Positions 30,188-39,230 are shown, counted from the first letter of the stretch. The stretch: DNA of 64,000 nt from an uncultured virus (IMG/VR IMGVR_UViG_3300023179_000081) (IMGVR_UViG_3300023179_000081), one strand, 5' to 3'. Notes: generated from the sequence alone by a model not told the origin. Numbers and translations are program-made.

Positions 30188-30676
30188 TTAGCCGCAAGTG
30201 ATGCTTTCGATGTTTTCAACCTTAATAGCGTTGAACGGCACCGATACCTTGCCGTCGGCACTTGGTTCTGACTTTTCTGGTCTTTCCGCGTATTCGTTAG
30301 CAAGTAGCATATGCTGAATACTAGCCAACGTAACCTCTTTGCCATCGTATAGCCATTGTACCTTTGGCTTATTGCCAGTTACTGGCATTGGGAAGTATAC
30401 CTGTCCGTTTTTTCCGCGCCAGAACTTCACACCGGAAATGTAAAACGGCTCTTGGATGTGCTGCGGTAGCGCTGGTGCAACCATATTGCCAGCGGCAATA
30501 GCTTGCTTGACCGGCCCCCGGCTTGCGTAGTCACAATTTTGCCCTTGGTACACGGACCTTTTTGTGATATTTTCGCCTTTGTAAGCCGCCCTAAGATTGG
30601 CCGGGCGGTTTACCGTTACAGTGAAGATGCGTCCTTTTTTGGCTTCCAGGACTGATGCGATGCTGTTAGCGTTCAC
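30188..30676 (-). CDS. hypothetical cassette protein
   Basis: Leaderless GTG after element 30681. Confidence 0.7.
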   Translation of the reverse strand: MNANSIASVLEAKKGRIFTVTVNRPANLRAAYKGENITKRSVYQGQNCDYASRGPVKQAIAAGNMVAPALPQHIQEPFYISGVKFWRGKNGQVYFPMPVTGNKPKVQWLYDGKEVTLASIQHMLLANEYAERPEKSEPSADGKVSVPFNAIKVENIESITCG

Positions 30677-30728
30677 GCCCTTATTATACCCAATGGTTCT
30701 GAAGGTGAGAAAATGACGATGTTCTAAG

Positions 30729-30765
30729 AAAAAAAAGGACTAAGGTTTTGGGTTACCTTAGTCCT
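30729..30765 (-). terminator. intrinsic terminator
   Basis: AGGACTAAGGT/ACCTTAGTCCT 11-bp stem followed by a T-run on the minus strand. Confidence 0.7.
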
Positions 30766-30784
30766 GATCCAGATTGTGAATTTG

Positions 30785-31063
30785 TTACTGGTTCCTGTTT
30801 CTCCAGCTATCCCAGTTAATCCTCTTTCTCACAACTAGCTTGTCAGGTTCGTATCTAGCGCACAATTCTTGATGTAGCGCCTTATACTCTTCTGGCTTTG
30901 CGAGACGTCCGCGAATTACCCAAGACGGGCATGCTTCGCCATGTTGGCCAACATATAAGTAGGTCATAATCCTATTTTGGTTCGTCTCTACGGTTGGCAA
31001 GATCGCCACCACATCACCATCAATGTAACGGTAGATGACCGGAATTTCTGTAGCTGTGCTCAT
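30785..31063 (-). CDS. hypothetical cassette protein
   Basis: Leaderless ATG; YVGQHGEA...A.PEEY.AL..EL motif. Confidence 0.7.
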   Translation of the reverse strand: MSTATEIPVIYRYIDGDVVAILPTVETNQNRIMTYLYVGQHGEACPSWVIRGRLAKPEEYKALHQELCARYEPDKLVVRKRINWDSWRNRNQ

Positions 31064-31126
31064 CGTGCTTATTATACCTCGATTCCGTGAGGGTGAGAAA
31101 ACCGCGCCCTAATTCTGTGGGTTTCT

Positions 31127-31402
31127 TTATTTCAAAACGCCCAAAGACCAGGAACTAAAATGTTCACATGCCTTTTTGCTGTCAATGGGGCTTAATGGCC
31201 CAAGGTTGCGCCATTCTAGCAGCTTTGATGCTTTCAACCTCACGATGCTTCCACCACCTTTTGGCATTTTGTAAACGGTTGACTTATCCTTAGATAACGA
31301 TGCCCAAAATGGCACATTTTCTTCGGTATCTTCCATCTTATGCCAGACGCCATCGCGAACAAGTAATGGCAACATGCTTATAGTACGCGGATTGTGTCTC
31401 AT
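31127..31402 (-). CDS. hypothetical cassette protein
   Basis: ORF follows element 31418. Confidence 0.6.
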   Translation of the reverse strand: MRHNPRTISMLPLLVRDGVWHKMEDTEENVPFWASLSKDKSTVYKMPKGGGSIVRLKASKLLEWRNLGPLSPIDSKKACEHFSSWSLGVLK

Positions 31403-31466
31403 TTTTCGTTCACGTCCTTATTATACCCGGTCTCTTTGAGAGTGAGAAAACCGGGCACAATTGTGA

Positions 31467-31712
31467 TTAAGCCGTTGGAAAGTAGTCTCCATAATCGCGC
31501 TCATCCAGATTGCCATCAAAATCAAGATGCTTGATCTCGAACATCGCGCGTTCATCACCAATGTGAAAAAAAACGCTCGTTTTATCGGATTGACGCCAAA
31601 GGATTCCGCCGACACCCTTTACACGTTCGTAAACGTATGGGCTTGTAGTCGCGCAAGTGCCGGGTAGGCAGTGCAGACTTTTATCTGGTTCCTGAGTTGG
31701 GAGTTTCGCCAT
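31467..31712 (-). CDS. hypothetical cassette protein
   Basis: Start corrected to the leaderless ATG (MAKLPT). Confidence 0.6.
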   Translation of the reverse strand: MAKLPTQEPDKSLHCLPGTCATTSPYVYERVKGVGGILWRQSDKTSVFFHIGDERAMFEIKHLDFDGNLDERDYGDYFPTA

Positions 31713-31771
31713 GTCCTTATTATACCTCGATTTCCTGAAGGTGAGAAAAAAGAGATAGGCGGTTTCCCGCC

Positions 31772-31957
31772 TCAATTGTAATCGTGGTTATCCCAGTATT
31801 CTTGGCAGACACTAGGATTAGGGTTGTACGGGTCACCCACCGCTAATTCAAATCGTCGAGTGTCTTCGCCGGGCTGAAAATATGGCCCGTCAACGCCGTT
31901 TTTCAGCAGAATTGCACCACCAGCCGAGTCCCATTCGATTGTGTATTCGTTGTCCAT
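31772..31957 (-). CDS. hypothetical cassette protein
   Basis: Start corrected (MDNEYT). Confidence 0.6.
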   Translation of the reverse strand: MDNEYTIEWDSAGGAILLKNGVDGPYFQPGEDTRRFELAVGDPYNPNPSVCQEYWDNHDYN

Positions 31958-31993
31958 GACGTTATTATACCCACCCATTTTGAGGGTGGGAAA

Positions 31994-32269
31994 CTACAAC
32001 ATACAACACAAAACTTTTGCTTTAGAACACATATAGGTTATTGTATTACCGTGGTCATCCGTAAAATCTGGCTCTAAATCTTCGCTAGGCTTTACTATAT
32101 AGACGTATCCATCATAACCTGCGTATTGTTGCGCTATGCCAATAACTGTAGTGACATAAACATCTTCCATTCTTTCACCATGTCCCGAATCTTGCCCAGG
32201 CACGATGAATTGCCCGTTGTCTATATATTGCAAAGAGCCATGATAGAATGTCAATTCCCCGTGTTCCAT
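31994..32269 (-). CDS. small ADP-ribosyltransferase-fold protein (Arr-like)
   Basis: FYHGS...IVPG...VYVTT...A..YA...GYVYIVKP...LEPD resembles the H-Y-type ART fold. Confidence 0.55.
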   Translation of the reverse strand: MEHGELTFYHGSLQYIDNGQFIVPGQDSGHGERMEDVYVTTVIGIAQQYAGYDGYVYIVKPSEDLEPDFTDDHGNTITYMCSKAKVLCCML

Positions 32270-32597
32270 CGTCCTTATTATACCCGGTCTGATTGAGGGT
32301 GAGAAACTACGGGCCAAATTTCCCAAGCATATTTTGAATGTTAATATGTTCGATTTTGTTCCAAAACTTTGGCAATTGTGTGAATCACCATATCTTTATC
32401 TTTAGGATCAAAATTAAACTCCAGGGATTCATAAATTAACTCAGCCAATTCAACATCACTTTTACCACAAAACCCATATATTGACGATTGTTGACTATGC
32501 ATTTCTTGGTTTAATTGTGCGAATGTTTTCATATCTTGTGTTTTAAGGGTGGGAAAATCCCGCGCGTTTTTAGCGCGGGATTGTTGCTTTAGCCAGC

Positions 32598-32795
32598 TTA
32601 TTTGTCTAGCTTATAGATGGCAGAGTCAATGTTTTCGACTAATTCATTGAGTACGGCAACTGAAACAGTGCCGGAATCGCCGATCTTTGCAATGTCATTT
32701 ATTACAGATTGGCGAGTGGTTTGCAAAAGCCACCTAAGCGTTTTTTCGTCGATAGAGAATTCACCGCCTGGGAGTTGTTCCACGTATATCAGCAT
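32598..32795 (-). CDS. hypothetical cassette protein
   Basis: Start corrected (MLIYVEQL). Confidence 0.6.
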   Translation of the reverse strand: MLIYVEQLPGGEFSIDEKTLRWLLQTTRQSVINDIAKIGDSGTVSVAVLNELVENIDSAIYKLDK

Positions 32796-33313
32796 GTCGT
32801 GCTTATTATACCCGGCCATGGTGAGGGTGAGAAATATACTTCTCAAATGTAGGTGAGCTGTGGAAATCCGTCTACTTGATACCCTGATCGCCAATTTTTA
32901 GCTACTTGCCATTTTTCGAAACTGATCCATTCGTAGATGATTTGCCCGTCATCAAGAAGCCGCGTATAGAATATGTCACGATTGTCATCTATTTGCTTAA
33001 CTTCGTCAAGAATTTCGGTGATATTCACTCGTTCCCCTTTTGAGTTAGTGTAGTATGCGATTATGTCAGTTTTTAGCATTAACAACCCTAAGCAATGATC
33101 TGCTTACTCCAGAATACCCAATTGCCGTTTCTGCTCCTTTCCCAAATCTTTGCAGGTAGACGCATTCGCCACAATCTGAAACGCTCTTGACAATTCCCCA
33201 TCTGTCTGGATCATCAATGAATTCAGCTATTTTTCCAGGGATAAACTCTTCTTCCATGCCCTTATTATACCTCGATTCCGTGAGGGTTGGAAAATTTTCA
33301 CCTTAATCTGATA

Positions 33314-33850
33314 TTATTTCTTAATCAGATCTTGGAAAGATGGTCCGAATAATTCGAGAAAATCTGCATGCATCTTTTCCATCAGTTGTGGCAGTCTTGC
33401 ATTAAGCACGTTTTTGAGTTCTTCTGATTTTGCAACGGCTTCAGGAGTTTTATATCCCAATTGCTCATTATTCATCAAAGATTCAATGTCAATGTCCTGG
33501 TCGCTATCTAATACACCCCAGATGATATGAGATTTAAGTGTGTCCGAGTTCATGGCATCAATATATTGTGTGAACCCTGCATGATACAATGCATTTGCAA
33601 TGTAATGCATTGGACCATCGTTCACATTGCAAAGATGCCATTTGATGTATTTCTTAAATTCAGGAAAAGCTTCCGCAATTTCTACATGAATACAACCGGC
33701 GGCATAGTGACCGCCAGCGCCGATTTCTCCAGTGATTGAGAAATATGGACCCTGTCCAAGATCCACCAATTCTGCAAGCATGCTGATATTTAATTGCTTG
33801 CCGCAGTAGTTAATGGTGGTTGATCGTCTTACCTGGGTTTTCTGTTTCAT
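33314..33850 (-). CDS. hypothetical cassette protein
   Basis: Leaderless ATG; YFSITG...GCIH.EI...KWHL...GPMHY motif. Confidence 0.75.
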   Translation of the reverse strand: MKQKTQVRRSTTINYCGKQLNISMLAELVDLGQGPYFSITGEIGAGGHYAAGCIHVEIAEAFPEFKKYIKWHLCNVNDGPMHYIANALYHAGFTQYIDAMNSDTLKSHIIWGVLDSDQDIDIESLMNNEQLGYKTPEAVAKSEELKNVLNARLPQLMEKMHADFLELFGPSFQDLIKK

Positions 33851-34284
33851 GTCCTCATTATACCTCGATTTCGTGAGGGTGAGAGAATAGAACCGCGCGG
33901 ATTCCGTGAAAGGAAAAACCGCGCGGTTAAGGGACGAAAATTATTTGTTTTTGAGAGTTGGAAAGGTGTTTTAAGTTACTTCATTTTGAGTTTTAGGGGC
34001 GGTTTTGCCGCCCCAATGACATGAATATGATCTCAACATGACGAACTGCTTTTTATTAAAAGCATAAAAATTGCTTGGCCGTCGGTGGTGGTTAGACCGC
34101 TCACCATTCCGCGCATATTATTTGGTAATATTTTGCGGTTGCCAGATTTTTTCTGACTATAGGGTCTCTTTATTCTTCTATCCGATATTTTATTCGCGGC
34201 CAAATCTGAACGTTACGCCATTATTATACCCAATGGTGCTGAGGGTTGGAAAATGGGCGGTGTCTCCCGCCCATTGTAATCAAG

Positions 34285-34581
34285 TTACTTAAAGAACTCA
34301 GTGGTGGTGAGAACAGCGTTACCGACGATCACGTCAGTGCTGCCAGTTGCCTGCTGATACACCTGAGTTGCGTTTTCGTTGACAGGACTGCCATTCAGCT
34401 TACCCTCTTCGTCCACGATCATGATCTGATTAGAATGTTCGTCGTCGTCCACGCCGCCAACATGAAGTGCTTCAAGCCAGCTAACTCCCATGAATTGCCG
34501 AAGTTCGTTCCCGGTAAAATCCGTTCCATTGTTCGGTGCGATCTCAGTGGTGGTGCCGTCGATACTGTAGAGTGTTGCCAT
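34285..34581 (-). CDS. DUF3846-like protein
   Basis: MIVDEEGKL.G.PVNENAT...DVIVGNAVL; start corrected. Confidence 0.7.
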   Translation of the reverse strand: MATLYSIDGTTTEIAPNNGTDFTGNELRQFMGVSWLEALHVGGVDDDEHSNQIMIVDEEGKLNGSPVNENATQVYQQATGSTDVIVGNAVLTTTEFFK

Positions 34582-35001
34582 CGTGCTTATTATACCCACC
34601 GGTTCTGAAGGTTGGAAAATCTCATCGTGGTTCAGCTATAGAACGCTCGATTCTAGTGATAGAATCCTCGATTTTATCAAGACGTTCCTGGCGTTCAATG
34701 TAACGGCCACGTGCAATTGAACCCATAATCACGACGGCGATTAGAATAGAGACGATCCAAAACCAATCCCAAAAAGGGTTAGGTTTGCTTCCGTTGCCAA
34801 GATTGTAATTGTTCATGTTTTTCCTTGCTTAAATGACTATAGGCGAATCGTCATGTAACGATTCGCCTATTAATTCTTCAGATAGTTTTTGGTATTTTTC
34901 TAATGAACCTAGTGATGCTACATTTTCTTTCGTCCTCGTTTTTCTGTCTGGTTTTTTACCTGACACCCTTATTATACCCAATGGTTCTAAGGGTGAGAAA
35001 A

Positions 35002-35199
35002 TCAGCGCGTCCTTTCGGCCCAAACTTCGTAAACGCCAGCACCGATGGGTTTTGTGCTTATGAAGTAACCATGTCCGCCTCGCATTACGAAGCTACCCGC
35101 AAGCATTAATGCTCTTGCATCTTTTGCTGGATAGCGGCGGGGTTTCTTCGGAATGGCGGTTAAATCAAAACAAATTTTAGATGCTTCAGCTTCGGTCAT
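35002..35199 (-). CDS. hypothetical cassette protein (GAGVYEVWAE family)
   Basis: Start corrected; paralogue of pseudogene 36398..36637. Confidence 0.65.
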   Translation of the reverse strand: MTEAEASKICFDLTAIPKKPRRYPAKDARALMLAGSFVMRGGHGYFISTKPIGAGVYEVWAERTR

Positions 35200-35251
35200 G
35201 CCCTTATTATACCCGGTCTTTTTGAGTGTGAGAAAACCGGGCAAAATTGAT

Positions 35252-35467
35252 TCACCTATCGTGTTTTAGAATCAATTCAATTTGTTCGCTAATTGAATCA
35301 ACCTTCTCTTACAGCGAGATTGCAGTTGCGGACTTTGGCTTGTTTAACAACGCAAGTTCATGTTCAATCAATCTCCGGGTGCAGTTCAGTAACCAAAGAA
35401 GCTTAGTGTTGCTCACTTCATAGTTCCCGTTTTCCAATTTGCCAATAACTTGTTTCTCTTTCGGCAT
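35252..35467 (-). pseudogene. cassette gene with in-frame TAA at codon 53
   Basis: MPKEKQVIGKLENGNYEV...ISL*EKVDSISEQIELILKHDR; sequence after the stop still aligns with the 32598 paralogue. Confidence 0.55.
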
Positions 35468-35489
35468 GTCTTTATTATACCCAATGGTT

Positions 35490-35792
35490 CTAAGGGTGAG
35501 AAACTTCTAGAATACAGTCAGTTGTTTCAGTGTACCACTCTTTTAGACTTTCAGAATCTGTAACATATTCAGGAATATCATCCTGGTGCATCTTTCTGTG
35601 ACCTAACTTATAGTGAACATATTCAGCACCTTCAATCGTAATTGGTTCGTCTGTCGTGAGTCGCTGAATATGTTCTGCAATCATTTTGAAGCACGTAGAG
35701 CTAGAAAGTTCGCCGGATTGACAGTAAACACCGTTAATCCAGAGGCGCGAATGCCCCCAATAATCCGTTACATGCATGATCGTGAGTTTCAT
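35490..35792 (-). CDS. hypothetical cassette protein
   Basis: Start corrected; stop lies inside the next element. Confidence 0.6.
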   Translation of the reverse strand: MKLTIMHVTDYWGHSRLWINGVYCQSGELSSSTCFKMIAEHIQRLTTDEPITIEGAEYVHYKLGHRKMHQDDIPEYVTDSESLKEWYTETTDCILEVSHP

Positions 35793-35837
35793 TGTCTTTA
35801 TTATACCCAATGGTTCTGAAGGTTGGAAAACCGCGCG

Positions 35838-36167
35838 TTAATATCCCTCGTAATGTCCCTGCACTTCGACATTATCTGGAAAATCAACACAATTGCAGAA
35901 CCAGCATGTCGTACCAGCGCTATTATAGTAGTGTTTAAAAATAACCGGACCCATGGCGGTTTTGCAAAATGGGCAAACCGGTTTTGACTTTTCAAGTTCT
36001 GCTTCAAGTTTGTTCAGTTCTGTTTCAAGTTCCTGAATTAGATTATAAGCATCAATTGCAACACCGCCAAGTCCCAATAGATCATTCTCATTGACCTTCC
36101 ACCGCGACTTTTTTCCGAGGTATCCGGCAAGCGGATCAACTTCTTTCACAACCTTTTTACGTGGCAT
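35838..36167 (-). CDS. hypothetical protein with coiled coil and Zn-ribbon (CPFC...CNC)
   Basis: Start corrected (MPRKK). Confidence 0.65.
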   Translation of the reverse strand: MPRKKVVKEVDPLAGYLGKKSRWKVNENDLLGLGGVAIDAYNLIQELETELNKLEAELEKSKPVCPFCKTAMGPVIFKHYYNSAGTTCWFCNCVDFPDNVEVQGHYEGY

Positions 36168-36174
36168 GCCCGTA

Positions 36175-36390
36175 TTATACCCAATCTTTTTGAGTGTTGG
36201 AAAGCATTTGGCTATCGAAGTCAGCGCGCTCCCATGATGACCAATCATCCGGCCAGCCCTTTTCTTCGAAAATTGCATATGCAGCAATTACAGTGTCCCT
36301 CACTTTTTTCGGATCACGTGTTGCAACGGCTTTTCTGAGTTTTGCCCTTAGTCCAGTCAGTTCAGATTGAGTCAAAGTGTATCCTTGCAT
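36175..36390 (-). CDS. hypothetical cassette protein
   Basis: Start corrected (MQGYTL); GWPDDWSSWERA; stop is the TAA of the next element. Confidence 0.65.
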   Translation of the reverse strand: MQGYTLTQSELTGLRAKLRKAVATRDPKKVRDTVIAAYAIFEEKGWPDDWSSWERADFDSQMLSNTQKDWV

Positions 36391-36397
36391 GCCCGTA

Positions 36398-36637
36398 TTA
36401 TACCCGGTCTTTTTCAAGGTTGGAAATTTCGGCCCAAACTTCATAAACGCCAGCCGCCATATGCTTACCTTTGATTGTGTAATAAATATCACCGACAGGA
36501 ACAATTGAACCATTTGCCAAGATATGGCGAGTCGCTTCGCGGCCATATCTATGACGCATCCCAGGTGCAACGCGGCAAATATGTTAGCATTCCTGAATTG
36601 CCGTCGTTGCGTCAATTTGTCTCATTGAATCTTCCAT
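36398..36637 (-). pseudogene. paralogue of the 35002 gene with in-frame TAA at codon 18
   Basis: MEDSMRQIDATTAIQEC*HICRVAPG...GKHMAAGVYEVWAEISNLEKDRV. Confidence 0.6.
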
Positions 36638-36689
36638 TACGCCCTTATTATACCCACGAAATATGAGGGTGAGAAAATCAAAACAATAC

Positions 36690-37180
36690 AGTCAAAACAA
36701 GTAGAACAAGGGTGCCAAGCGGCACCCAAAATTCCAATTTTGATTCTGTTTCCAGAAATTTCCGCATTTTACGGCTTCTTATATCGTGGGAGTTTTCTGA
36801 TGAAACAATCCTTCGGATACACCACGTTTTGAATAGCAGGATAGTCACCGTCAACTACCAGCAACTAAAATCGCTGGCTTGCTTCAAGCCAGTTTTCGTG
36901 TTTGAACTCACGGCAGACGCCGAAGGCGTCTGCAACAGCGAACAATAGGATGATTGACTGCATCCTTGCGATATATTCCTAGTTCAAAGTAGTAATATCG
37001 TTTACTGCGGCAACAAAGTTGCCGCAACTCTTGAATTTTACGTCAGAGAGTCTATTTCTGACAACCATATATTCTGATTTCAATGTACCCGGCGGCAAAG
37101 CCGCCGATAGTATATTTGTACAACATTTTTCAAAACTCGATTCCTGCCACAACACAATTGTGAGAAAATCTCACCCTTAG
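36690..37180. other. hairpin-dense non-coding segment
   Basis: Perfect stems at 36710-36727, 36874-36892, 36913-36933, 37006-37026 and ~37091-37107; no credible ORF. Confidence 0.7.
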
Positions 37181-37181
37181 A

Positions 37182-37559
37182 TCAATTATATCCAGAAGTT
37201 CGCAAACGCTGGCGAATTTCTTCCATTGATTCACCAGACTTGCCAAAAAACTGACTATGCTCTTCTACAATTCTATCAAATTCCGCGAGTCTTTCATCAA
37301 GCTTCGCGTCAATAGTTAATTTTTCATTGGAAGTTTTGAAAACAAGAAGTGCATCGCCAACAATAGTAGCCAAACGAGAAAATTGTGAGCACAGCTGGTC
37401 TTTTGCCTTCCAGAATACAATACAAGTATCCCAGTAGTCGCGAGTATTCACCATAGTTTCCCATACATCACCAATCTGACAAAAGATGGCTAGGTTCTGA
37501 AAGCCAGCGGCTTTACTATAAATCAGATCAAGCTTTGGATGAGTTGTGTTCGTGTCCAT
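37182..37559 (-). CDS. hypothetical cassette protein
   Basis: Leaderless ATG after element 37564. Confidence 0.65.
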   Translation of the reverse strand: MDTNTTHPKLDLIYSKAAGFQNLAIFCQIGDVWETMVNTRDYWDTCIVFWKAKDQLCSQFSRLATIVGDALLVFKTSNEKLTIDAKLDERLAEFDRIVEEHSQFFGKSGESMEEIRQRLRTSGYN

Positions 37560-37609
37560 GTTCTTATTATACCTCGATTTCGTAAGGGTAGGAAAATCAG
37601 TTCCTGTCT

Positions 37610-37954
37610 TTAGTTACCTTCAAGTTCTCGTAGCAATTCCCATGCATCATTGATAGCGCTTTTCGCTCTACTGATTGTGTCTAGTGTTCTATCACTATTG
37701 GGATCTTTTTGAATTTGCATCAATGACCATGCTACTTCACTGAGGGTTTCGGAATGACGTGACCAATTCCAACCGAATCGAACCTCTTCGATTAATTTCC
37801 AGAAAGTTTTTTCATTTGGAGTTGCAACCATTTCGCGCCAGGCCTCACCAACGTGTTCCGAATCAGCTAATAGCTGTAAACGGCCATAATTATCTACCAG
37901 GTAACCTTCTAAATAATCCTTGACTTCGCTTGGGTATTCCGTTTTTGCGTTCAT
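37610..37954 (-). CDS. hypothetical cassette protein
   Basis: Leaderless ATG after element 37959. Confidence 0.65.
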   Translation of the reverse strand: MNAKTEYPSEVKDYLEGYLVDNYGRLQLLADSEHVGEAWREMVATPNEKTFWKLIEEVRFGWNWSRHSETLSEVAWSLMQIQKDPNSDRTLDTISRAKSAINDAWELLRELEGN

Positions 37955-38023
37955 GTTCTTATTATACCTCGATTTCGTAAGGGTAGGAAAATCGCGCGGA
38001 TTCCCCCACCCTTATTTCAACTC

Positions 38024-38719
38024 CTAGGCAAGAATCACAAAGCCGCTATCGTCCTTGCGTGCTTTGCCCTTGGCCTTGAGTCCAACAATAACGTTGCGCG
38101 GGTCATTAAACCGCAGATCGTTCACGTCACCGTCAACCACGGTGTAACCAATGTGATCACCTGGCAAATCCTTGCTGAACACTGCTGCAACATTGCCACC
38201 TTTCGCAAGAACCTTGATACAGTCATCCCAGTTCGATTCGCTACGCGAAAAGGTAAGGTGATAGTTTGCAGGAAACTTGCCATCACAATAGCGGAGCATG
38301 CGGGTCAACACCTTAGTGTAGTCATAGAATTGCACATCCGGGAAAGCTTCCATAATTTCTTTGGCCATAGATTCCCAGCCTAAATCAGAAGTTCCGTTAA
38401 GTCTAACGCAAGGTTTTAGACCTTTGTTGTTAGCCTCAATGACAAGAATTGCAATATCCGACTTGAGCACCGACAAGAAGTCAGCGCGGTTTTTCATCAG
38501 AAATTGCGTTTTACGAATTCTCGCTTCTTTTACCTTAGGGTATGCGCCATGGCCAGCAGTGAAGAGGCACGCGGTGGTGCATCCGGCGGAACGACTAGGG
38601 CAAACTTCGAAGCCAGATTCCATGGCCGGTGCAAGGTAAAGGATACCGGTAAGGTATCCAGAATTGACACCCTTTTTGGTCTTAGCATCAGCGCCTACGC
38701 TCAAGAGATTGTACTTCAT
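38024..38719 (-). CDS. GP88-like protein (three-Cys motif, radical-SAM-like)
   Basis: CPSRSAGCTTACL, RLNGTSD, QFYDYTK, YHLTFS and GD..DLRF.D motifs. Confidence 0.75.
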   Translation of the reverse strand: MKYNLLSVGADAKTKKGVNSGYLTGILYLAPAMESGFEVCPSRSAGCTTACLFTAGHGAYPKVKEARIRKTQFLMKNRADFLSVLKSDIAILVIEANNKGLKPCVRLNGTSDLGWESMAKEIMEAFPDVQFYDYTKVLTRMLRYCDGKFPANYHLTFSRSESNWDDCIKVLAKGGNVAAVFSKDLPGDHIGYTVVDGDVNDLRFNDPRNVIVGLKAKGKARKDDSGFVILA

Positions 38720-38767
38720 AACGTTCTTATTATACCTGCGGATTGTGAGTGTTGGAAAAACCGATCA

Positions 38768-38947
38768 TCACGGAAGGTCACAGTAAATCATCACGTGATT
38801 TTCGCCAGCGGAACCGCTAACTTGCTTTACTGTTATGTCCGAGGAATGAAATTCCTTGTATGGGCAATCGTGGCCGTAGCTACACACCACGGCTTTTTGA
38901 TCCTGTTTCTTTAGGATTTCGATGAGTTCTGCGACTGTCATTGTCAT
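38768..38947 (-). CDS. 59-aa hypothetical protein (MTVAELIEIL family; not in ORF track)
   Basis: Fills the unit between elements 38727 and 38955. Confidence 0.6.
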   Translation of the reverse strand: MTMTVAELIEILKKQDQKAVVCSYGHDCPYKEFHSSDITVKQVSGSAGENHVMIYCDLP

Positions 38948-39003
38948 TACGTCCTTATTATACCCTGCGTTTGTGAGTGTTGGAAATACCCGTGATCAAA
39001 TGG

Positions 39004-39167
39004 TTAATGCCCATACATCAAAGGTTGCGGTGCCCAACGCAGTTTAGGATCGTCAAGACTAATGCGTGAACTGCCCCACCCACAAGGGGATGGGGTTTTC
39101 TCGCTCCCCCTATAAATTGTTCGCCATTAGGTGGCGCGGTATCCATTGTCTGCCATTCTACTTCCAC
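39004..39167 (-). pseudogene. disrupted paralogue of the 41649..41885 gene
   Basis: MEVEWQTMDTAPPNGEQFI (cf. MEVNWQTMETAPDSGEEFM), then an IS-like insert; the WAPQP remnant is in another frame. Confidence 0.65.
39066..39111 (-). mobile_element. 46-bp IS200/IS605-like remnant (fused ends)
   Basis: Minus strand: TTTAT|AGGGGGAGCGAGAAAACCCCATCCCCTTGTGGGTGGGGCAGTTCAC, i.e. a TTTAT target, a subterminal hairpin and a GTTCAC end. Confidence 0.6.
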
Positions 39168-39230
39168 GTGATTATTATACCTCGATTTCGTGAGAGTTGG
39201 AAAGCCAAATTTGAACTCAATTATTAATAT

